Source of the DNA: an uncultured Clostridia bacterium
GTDB lineage: Bacteria; Bacillota; Clostridia; Christensenellales; UBA1242
Direction of reading: 5' to 3'
Assembly: GCA_944350265.1 (NCBI GenBank)
Contig: CALVOG010000006.1
Coordinates: forward strand, 6,709 to 70,708
Length of the DNA stretch: 64,000 bases
Shown: piece after piece, positions 55,188 through 62,400 of the stretch
How the letters are laid out: each line of letters starts with the position of its first letter
Position numbering within the stretch: the first letter of the stretch is position 1
Notes under the pieces: model-generated
Seen by the model: the letters and a program-made list of their open reading frames with translations, nothing else
Told to the model about the DNA's origin: nothing
The model's database searches: none
Translations under genes and position numbers: made by a program

Positions 55188-55910
55188 TTATGCGCGGGTT
55201 ATTGATGAAGATTGCCCCGCTGGCCTACCTCTCTTTGCGCCTTTTAATTTTGCAAAATCGCCAAAGCAAGGGGAGTAGGACACTTTCATTGGGAACTGCT
55301 CGATAAACTTTTTAGAAAAGGTTTTGCACGCATTTGTGATTGCCCGCGTCATTGCCTTTTGATTTTCCTCGTCGGTGCGCGTATTTTTTTCTTGGAACTT
55401 CCAGCAGGTTTTGTCGCAATACGGAAGTGGCAAAAACGCATATTCACCGTTCACCTTCGCCAAAAGATGTTGTCCGTCAGTTGCGATAAGGTCGAAAGTG
55501 GCGCCCTCTGGGAATTGCTTTGCAAACTTAAAACGCTTACTGCGAAAATCACCACTCATAAAGCGTTTAAATTTTTCGGACGGCACAAATTTCGCGGAAT
55601 TCATAATTGGTTTTGCCTTCGCGCGGAAGTCGTCAACGCTGTAAAATTCCCTTAAAATTAAACTTCTCGGCAACGCCTCGCGCAGTTGGTCGTTTTGGTT
55701 GCGGAAGGCTTCAAGTTCAACAAAAAACTGCGTCCCTGTTTCTCCGCCGAGACAAAGTAAGTTGAAATCGCTGATTATCCCACTGCGTCGCACGCCATTT
55801 GGCGGATAAGCAAGCACCACATCGGCGCAATATTTTGCATCGTAAACGGGGTTTGTTCCAACCATAACCGGAAGTTGACGACGTAAAAGTAAATTATTAA
55901 ATTCAGACAT
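55188..55910 (-). CDS. hypothetical protein (240 aa) with a C-terminal AT-hook-like KRGRPAG motif
   Basis: Start moved to ATG 55910 (GGAGGTTTTT before the ATG). The track's GTG-extended N-terminus lacks an RBS. C-terminus is ..KLKGAKRGRPAGQSS. Confidence 0.55.
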   Translation of the reverse strand: MSEFNNLLLRRQLPVMVGTNPVYDAKYCADVVLAYPPNGVRRSGIISDFNLLCLGGETGTQFFVELEAFRNQNDQLREALPRSLILREFYSVDDFRAKAKPIMNSAKFVPSEKFKRFMSGDFRSKRFKFAKQFPEGATFDLIATDGQHLLAKVNGEYAFLPLPYCDKTCWKFQEKNTRTDEENQKAMTRAITNACKTFSKKFIEQFPMKVSYSPCFGDFAKLKGAKRGRPAGQSSSITRA

Positions 55911-56246
55911 AAAAACCTCCAAATATTTAATGATAATAACACACTTCACTCTCATTGTCAACATATTTATATGTGACATCACTTTCTTAGATAATTTTGT
56001 CACATTGAAGTCTCGCGTTAGGACGTATCATTCAAGCCGAAGTGCCTTAAGTAGCCTGCGAAGGTAGCTTCTTAAGTAACGCCAGCACTGTCATCATCCT
56101 TACCGTTAGGCAATTAGCCTGCTTGCCATTTTAAGCGGAGCGAGGAATTTTGTCGTGGCATCATAAGCACATATCTAATTTTCCTCTTTTTTGAAACGGT
56201 TAAAACACTATAAATATGCACTTATTAAAAAAAGTTTGAAAATCGT

Positions 56247-56275
56247 TTGGCAAATTTCTTTATTTTGTTTATAAT
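56247..56275 (+). promoter_or_regulatory. promoter TTGGCA-17-TATAAT ending 6 nt before ATG 56282 (leaderless geometry)
   Basis: TTGGCA 56247-56252, TATAAT 56270-56275, ATG 56282. No SD. Confidence 0.55.
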
Positions 56276-56281
56276 AAAGAT

Positions 56282-56992
56282 ATGTTAATGGCGTCGGTTA
56301 TCATTTTGTTTGTTGCAAGCGGAATTTTAATTGCCGTTTCTTCTTTCACAAAAAAGAGGGGGCTTTTTTATTTCATATTCTCCTCGCTCGCCATTGTTTC
56401 GCTTGCTGTCACAATGATTTTAAGCGCTAACTATAACAACAACTTTTTTGGCTTTTCGATAATTTCAATGGTGTCGCTCGCTCCACTTTTTGTGATTTTG
56501 TTCGATTTTAAGAAAAATGAAGAGGTGAACAGCGCGGACGTCACAACAGCCGAAAACACAAAAACCAAAAAGAGTTTTGCAGAAAAATTTTACGAAAGTG
56601 ATGCAAGGATTTTTGAAAGTGTGGCGCTCTTTCTTTCCGCTTTTTTCGTGGCGTTTGCAGGGCTATATCTTGGGAAAGTGACGCCGTTTGGTATGCTTGC
56701 GGGCGTGCCAGCGTGGCTCGTTGGTTTTTCGGTTAAATATCTTCAAAACAGGAAGGCAAACTTGTTCGATGCGCTTTCAACAGCGTTTAAATATGCTGGC
56801 TCGGGAATGCTTTTAGGGCAAATTTTTAGCGTGTTCGCAAGTGGTTTTTCCACCGCCTCAATTTTGTATGTTGTCGCTTCGCTTATGATTGCGTCCTATC
56901 TTATAGCCAGCGCGCACACAAAAGAAAGACGGATAAATGTCATCCTCTATTGCGCATATCTTATCCTTTCAGTTGCAATAATTTTGTATTAA
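56282..56992 (+). CDS. polytopic membrane protein, function unknown
   Basis: 6-7 hydrophobic helices. No motif recognised. Confidence 0.6.
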   Translation: MLMASVIILFVASGILIAVSSFTKKRGLFYFIFSSLAIVSLAVTMILSANYNNNFFGFSIISMVSLAPLFVILFDFKKNEEVNSADVTTAENTKTKKSFAEKFYESDARIFESVALFLSAFFVAFAGLYLGKVTPFGMLAGVPAWLVGFSVKYLQNRKANLFDALSTAFKYAGSGMLLGQIFSVFASGFSTASILYVVASLMIASYLIASAHTKERRINVILYCAYLILSVAIILY

Positions 56993-57220
56993 TCGACTGG
57001 TTTGTGTTTTATTTCTAAAATTTTGAGGTAATTGTCGATTGACCAAATCCTCTATAATTGCCAAGGGGGAATGATTTCGAATGTTGTCATTTTATCAATT
57101 TCGATAGAAAATTAATGCTAATGTTTTTGTGGCGAGCGCCCTATAAATTTTAAATCATTTTTTTGCACCAGACAATTTTTTCAGTTTTTGCCATTTTGTG
57201 GATTTTTTTTGCATTATCAC

Positions 57221-57250
57221 TTGACAACAAGCATATGATAGGTGTATAAT
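57221..57250 (+). promoter_or_regulatory. promoter TTGACA-18-TATAAT for the tRNA gene
   Basis: TTGACA 57221-57226, TATAAT 57245-57250. The tRNA starts at 57266. Confidence 0.6.
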
Positions 57251-57265
57251 GTGAGTGTTTTATGA

Positions 57266-57342
57266 CGCGAGGTAGAGCAGCTCGGAAGCTCGTCGGGCTC
57301 ATAACCCGAAGGTCGTTGGTTCAAATCCAACCCTCGCAACCA
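57266..57342 (+). tRNA. initiator tRNA-fMet (anticodon CAT), CCA encoded
   Basis: Full cloverleaf folded by hand. C1xA72 mismatch. Three G:C pairs closing the anticodon stem (GGG/CCC). Loop CTCATAA. T-arm GTTGG-TTCAAAT-CCAAC. Near-identical to E. coli tRNA-fMet as recalled. Confidence 0.93.
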
Positions 57343-57349
57343 AAGTATG

Positions 57350-57375
57350 CTAGGGCGACAGCCCTAGTTTTTTTG
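57350..57375 (+). terminator. rho-independent terminator after the tRNA
   Basis: Stem CTAGGGC / GCCCTAG, loop GACA, T7 run. Confidence 0.8.
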
Positions 57376-57477
57376 TGCGAGGACGACCTTTGGGATATAT
57401 CGAAACAGTAAACGCTTAAATCTAAATAAAATTAAACGGGCAGACACAATTAGCGTGAGATAGGATGGATGGGAGAT

Positions 57478-57505
57478 ATAACCACGTATTCGGTCGTTGG
57501 TTCAA
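57478..57505 (+). pseudogene. tRNA-fMet-derived fragment (anticodon-loop 3' half to T-loop)
   Basis: ATAACC..GGTCGTTGGTTCAA matches tRNA positions ATAACCcgaaGGTCGTTGGTTCAA, 14 of them contiguous identical nt. Lies about 150 bp downstream of the intact gene. Confidence 0.5.
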
Positions 57506-57608
57506 CGCTGAGGTTGACGAGATTGTTTTGAAAGCTGGAGAATTATATCTACTACGACTTTACAATTTTTAATTGGCTTTTTAAAGGAACTTAAAGTGGA
57601 ACAAAGGG

Positions 57609-58211
57609 CTATAGGGCGGTGACTTTGGAGAGTTCGTCTTTGCAGATTTTGTCGAGGACACGGTAGTTGTTGGTTGGGGCGTGCCTAATCACGGTCATTT
57701 TCTTTGGGAGGGCGCCATAATCGGCGTCGAAGGCGTTCGAGATGGCGTATTTCACCCCTTCGCCCCTATGATGCGCGTGCCCCGTGATGAAATCGACAAC
57801 GCCCTTTTCGGCGGAGTAAGGGTCGGTGAGGTGGGAGCGCGCCTCTTTAATCAAAGTTTTAAGGTTTTTTCCAGCCTTCACAGCGTTATACATATTTTCC
57901 GAAATTTCGTAGAAGTAACCCATACCAAAGCGCACGCCGTGTTTATCTTTCACACCGCAAACGTCGGCGAGGAAGAAACCGCACCTATTCTTAAAAAACG
58001 CGCCCTCAATGGAGAGAGCAATGTCAGAGCCATCGACCTCTTTTTTTGCCAAATTTTCGGCGATTTCGTTGAAAACCTCCTTATTAAAAAGTGCGCGTTC
58101 GTCTTTTAGTAAATGCACGAATTTAACGTAATTATCGGGGAAAAACCGAATTGTCATACGTTCTTTTGCGGAATTTTTTCTGTTTTCAACCAAATAAATT
58201 TTCATTTTCAC
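57609..58211 (-). CDS. hypothetical protein (200 aa); weak resemblance to DUF84/YjjX-type NTP phosphatases
   Basis: SD AAGGTG. ..LSIEGAFF.. and ..EKGVVDFITGHAHHRGEGVKYAISNAF.. loosely parallel YjjX AIEAGI / EGAIGVFTAGKLTR (recalled). Not decisive. Confidence 0.5.
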   Translation of the reverse strand: MKMKIYLVENRKNSAKERMTIRFFPDNYVKFVHLLKDERALFNKEVFNEIAENLAKKEVDGSDIALSIEGAFFKNRCGFFLADVCGVKDKHGVRFGMGYFYEISENMYNAVKAGKNLKTLIKEARSHLTDPYSAEKGVVDFITGHAHHRGEGVKYAISNAFDADYGALPKKMTVIRHAPTNNYRVLDKICKDELSKVTAL

Positions 58212-58265
58212 CTTCTTTATGAAATATTATCACAAAACACGGCGAAAGTCAATATGCGGTGCAAA

Positions 58266-58326
58266 TGTGGATAAAATGTGGATAACTTATGTGGAAATGT
58301 GGATAACTCAATATTTTTGTGGAAAA
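58266..58326. promoter_or_regulatory. DnaA-box cluster: five same-orientation boxes in 61 bp (3 perfect)
   Basis: Perfect TGTGGATAA at 58266-58274, 58277-58285 and 58298-58306. TGTGGAAAT at 58290-58298. TGTGGAAAA at 58318-58326. Lies in a divergent intergenic region. Confidence 0.65.
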
Positions 58327-58384
58327 ATTGCCAAAATGTTTGGAATTTTTTTTCAAAATGATTAAAATATGATTAGGAGTTTGT

Positions 58385-58930
58385 ATGGATTATAAGAAAT
58401 TTATCGAAAAAGACAAGGCGTATGACGGTTTTGTGAAGTATAGAAAGAAGATTATTTCGGCAAGCGAAAAGGGAAATTTTGAGGACGCGTTCACCGACAT
58501 CGGCACCAAGGCGCTTGAGGGCAACGCGATTGCGCAGGATGTGATGGCGTATTTTTATAACAAGGGCTTGCCGGGCTTTTTGAAGCCGAACTATGAACTT
58601 TACCTCTCGTGGCAGATTCTCGCCTCGGCGAATGGCAACTGTTTTGCAATGGAAAAGACGGAATTTTTGATTAAGTTCGCGCTGGACGCCATCTTCGACT
58701 CGGACGCCGTGCTTAAACAGGCAATTTTGCGGGGAAATATCGACAAGCATAACGCGCTTTATGTCATTTCCAACTTGATTTGCGAAAGTATGGTCGACAC
58801 GCTTAAAATCGACGCGAAGGACCTTATCAGCGTGCAGGGCGAGATGAAATACTCCACCGCGGTGAATAGGCGTTTCACCGTTGCAATGGAAATGGCAGTG
58901 CCGGTTGTGGTTAACTATTTGGTAAGTTAG
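58385..58930 (+). CDS. hypothetical protein with a possible Sel1-like repeat
   Basis: SD AGGAG. LEGNAIAQDVMAYFYNKGLPGFLKPNYELYLSWQILASANGNCFAM resembles an SLR unit. Confidence 0.5.
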   Translation: MDYKKFIEKDKAYDGFVKYRKKIISASEKGNFEDAFTDIGTKALEGNAIAQDVMAYFYNKGLPGFLKPNYELYLSWQILASANGNCFAMEKTEFLIKFALDAIFDSDAVLKQAILRGNIDKHNALYVISNLICESMVDTLKIDAKDLISVQGEMKYSTAVNRRFTVAMEMAVPVVVNYLVS

Positions 58931-58966
58931 GGTGTTAAAAAAGTTTAGGCTTGTTTTGCTAACAAT

Positions 58967-59034
58967 AAGAGGAAAGATTAGACATTCGCGGGCGGGTGCT
59001 ACGACGAGATTCTTCGGCTTCGCCTCAGAATGAC
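58967..59034 (-). repeat. dispersed composite repeat (R2 + R1 reverse)
   Basis: AAGAGGAAAGATTAGACATTCGCGGGCGGGTG + CTACGACGAGATTCTTCGGCTTCGCCTCAGAATGAC. Confidence 0.8.
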
Positions 59035-59089
59035 CAAGCGCGCTTGGATGTGTGAGGAGCTTAAAGTTTAGCTGTGTTTTTCTAGCAAC

Positions 59090-59120
59090 AAGAGGATGAT
59101 TTATACATTCGCGGGTGGCG
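59090..59120. repeat. additional copy of repeat module R2 (tandem with 58967)
   Basis: AAGAGGATGATTTATACATTCGCGGGTGGCG. Its upstream flank (AAAGTTTAGCTGTGTTTTTCTAGCAAC) also duplicates 58941-58966. Confidence 0.65.
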
Positions 59121-59184
59121 ATAGACTGCTTTACTATGCGCTAAACGTGCCACAACACATCTACCGCAAGGAGATACCGTTAAA

Positions 59185-59237
59185 TGTCATTCTAAGCAAG
59201 GAAGCGATAGCGACGCCAGCGAAGAATCTCGTCGTAG
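59185..59237 (+). repeat. dispersed hairpin repeat R1 (forward, with an internal insertion); inverted partner of 58999-59034
   Basis: TGTCATTCTAAGCAAGGAAGCGATAGCGACGCCAGCGAAGAATCTCGTCGTAG. Confidence 0.75.
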
Positions 59238-59391
59238 AACGGCTTACAAAAACAAGAGTGACACAGCGTGGTTATAATATAGCCTTAAACCGAAGGCTAC
59301 ACCATTAAATGTCACTTCCACAGATTCAAAACTAACAACTTAACGTATACATAAAATATTTTTTAATTTTTCGATAAAATTTTGTTTTTAT

Positions 59392-59421
59392 TTGACAAAA
59401 AATTATTTTTTTAGTTAAAAT
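59392..59421 (+). promoter_or_regulatory. promoter TTGACA-18-TAAAAT ending 6 nt before ATG 59428 (leaderless geometry)
   Basis: TTGACA 59392-59397, TAAAAT 59416-59421, ATG 59428. No SD. Confidence 0.45.
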
Positions 59422-59427
59422 ATAGTT

Positions 59428-62400
59428 ATGAAAAGGAATATATTTAATAAGAAAATGATTTTGAGCATAGTGTGTTTGCTTTTCGTGGCAATAATTCCAC
59501 TATGCTCTCTTAATTTAATCAACTACTCCGCCCTTTTGGCATCCACAAGCGAGGAGGTGGTTGATGACGAAACCGAAAACTTCGTGGAGGACGTCGACGC
59601 CGACACTGACACCGACGGCGAGGATGATGATGTGGAAATCAGCGGAAATTGGGCGGACTATGCAGTGACGCCACGAAGCGCGATAAGCACCGCATCGCAA
59701 CTTGCGGGGCTTAGCGGTGCTTCTGGGTCATACACTCTTTCAAATAACATTGACCTTTCGGGCAGAAGTTGGACTCCTATTTCAAACTTTTCAGGCACGC
59801 TTGACGGGAATGGTTACACAATCAGCGGGCTGAGTATTACGGGTGATTATGGCAGTAGTGTTGGTCTTTTTGGCGAGGTTGGGTCAGCAACTATAAGAAA
59901 TCTAATAGTGGCTGGCTCAATAAATGTTTATATGGTTAATTCTCGCATTGGCATTGCAGGAATAGTAGGTTCAGTTGCTGAAGGTAACAGTGTTAGTATC
60001 AGTAATTGCGTGTCAAAAGTAAATATAACGGTATCTGCAAGCAATAAAGCCAATATTTTAGGCGGTGTTAGTGATATTCTTAGTGTTGGCGGAATCTTAG
60101 GATATGGCGAACGTGTGAGCAGTGGCACTGTCGCTAGATGTATGAACCTGGGAAGGATAAATTTTAATCTTGGTAACCTTAACCTGTTTTCAAATAAGGA
60201 ATTTCACACAGGTGGCATTGTTGGGATAGCGTCAAAGATAGCAATTCAAGATTGTGTGAACTATGGCAATGTAAGCACTGACGGTAAATATAGTGGCGGA
60301 ATTTGTGGATTAATGAAGGGCGAAGGCGGTGATACAATTAGTAGGTGTATAAATTTTGGCGATGTAAGTGGGAGAGAGAACGCAAATAATTGTTTGGTTG
60401 GAGGTATTGTTGGGCAAGCGTGCCACGCGATATTTCTCGAAACTAGGTATGTAACGATACAGGATTGCGCAAATGTTGGAAATCTTAGAGGAACACAATA
60501 CTCAACAACCATTTTTGGCAATTGGTTTGCGAGTAGTGGTATGGGACAAATGGTCGGCTGGGTAGGCGCAGGCGGTAGCTCAATGTGCACGATAAAAAAT
60601 TGCTATTTTGTGTCAAATGGTTATTATGTAACAGTGGGGCATGTTACAGCCGTTTCTAGTGTGATAGAAGATGTTAATGATGTATCTTACAGCAATTTAA
60701 CTATGACAAATTTAACTAGTATGTTAGCGAGTTACTATAGTTTTTCAAATACGGACCGAACGTGGACGGCAATTACATTTTATTCCAACGATGTGACATC
60801 TTCAATCTGCACCGGCGCAACCGTGCCAACAACGTTATCTCACTATATTGACGAGATGTCCGTGACAATCAAATTGCAAGACTCAAGTGGGTTGAAAACG
60901 GTCTCGTCCGCGAAAGGATTTAATATTTCGGGGAAAACTGGTTATAATAGTGGCAACAAAACCTTCTATGCCACGAAAACAACAAGCACCATTTCCTCCG
61001 CGCTGACTTTCACTAACTCCTATGGGTATAATATGGAAATCTACCACGCAAATGGAAACAATTTGGGCTCGCTTATTGTTGATTGCGGAGAGGTGTCAAG
61101 GTATAATTATTCGATAACTGGCGGAACGTATGGTAGTATGTTCGACGACATCATTATTGTGCTGACGGAGCCGGTGAAGATTGAGCCGATTCCTGTGCCG
61201 GGCGTGGATGTTTACACAAGTCCAGCCCTATATGAGGGCGGAAACACGATAAGCAATCTCTTCTCAAGCTCCGAGGGCGGAAGTGTTTCGGTTTCGGGCG
61301 CAAGTGGCGGTTCGTTTACAAGAGACACGGTGCTCACCATCACCATCACGCCAAACGAGGGCTATGAATTTTTGGGGCTTTTTGCGGACAGCGATTTGAA
61401 CGCAAGTTATCTTCCACTTTCCGAAAGGCGAATTGAAAAGTTTAACAGTCTTTCGGTGGCGGACCTAGTGAACGACCCAGAGATACCGGTTGACGAAATT
61501 GAGGGTATGCCGGAAACCTCGGGCAGTCGCGTGAGCGTGTCGACCTCTGGAGGCTACTCTTCCTACACCTATTCCTTCAAGGTTGGCGATTTAATCACGG
61601 CTATGACGGTGGAAAAAGAGGTTGTGGAGGGCGATGATGACGACGACCACGACTCAGCGGCAACTTCGCTTCAAAATGATGACGATATGTCAGTTTCAAG
61701 TAATAGAGTTGACAATCTCATTCACGTGACCATTATTGGTGGCGGAGGTGGAGGCGGTGGCTCCAGTGGCGGTGGAAACAAGCCAGGCGGGTCGATTGTG
61801 GATAAAGACCCAGACGCAGTGACAGTGCCAGACGAAGAGCCAAAAGAACCGGAATTCAAGTATGTTGTTAAGTCCATCTCCTTTGTTAGCAGTTTTGATG
61901 TTGTGTTTGTTGCATATCAGCACGATTATGACTTGGAAGTTGAATATCTTGGCGCGGGTGGCGATTTTGCAAGTTACAAGTATGGCTACGCTTCGCGCGC
62001 AAACCTTGCTGAGCGCTCCAGCTACACCAAACGTTTCTATGACGCCACAACGGGCAGTTCGACAAACTATATGTATTTAGAGGGAACGGGAAATTACTTT
62101 GTTTCGTCGCCATTTGTGGAATATGTTGCGCTTGTTGAGGGCGATGTGAGCGGTTATTGGTCGTCCACTGGTTGGTATGATATTGGAGGGGTCGAGTCAG
62201 GGCGAATTTGGCTTACCTACCTCTTTGAGGACTATGAACCGCCATATTATTCCGCGGAAATTCCGTATGCTTACGCGAAGGTGACGTATAAATACTGTGA
62301 ATCGCCTCGGCACGAGTTTGATTACTATATCTACATAACCGATGCCTATGAAATCTACGAGGAAACGTCGCCAGGTAGCCCAACTCCAAGCGGGCGCTAC

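Noticed and set aside
57266-59300. tRNA-fMet-linked genomic island or prophage
   Set aside because: No integrase, recombinase or phage genes are visible. The only support is a 14-nt tRNA-derived fragment and an accessory-looking gene content, so it is kept as a low-interest observation.
59096-59308. 70-aa ORF
   Set aside because: It spans dispersed repeat modules R2/R1, so the coding potential is an artefact of the repeat sequence.
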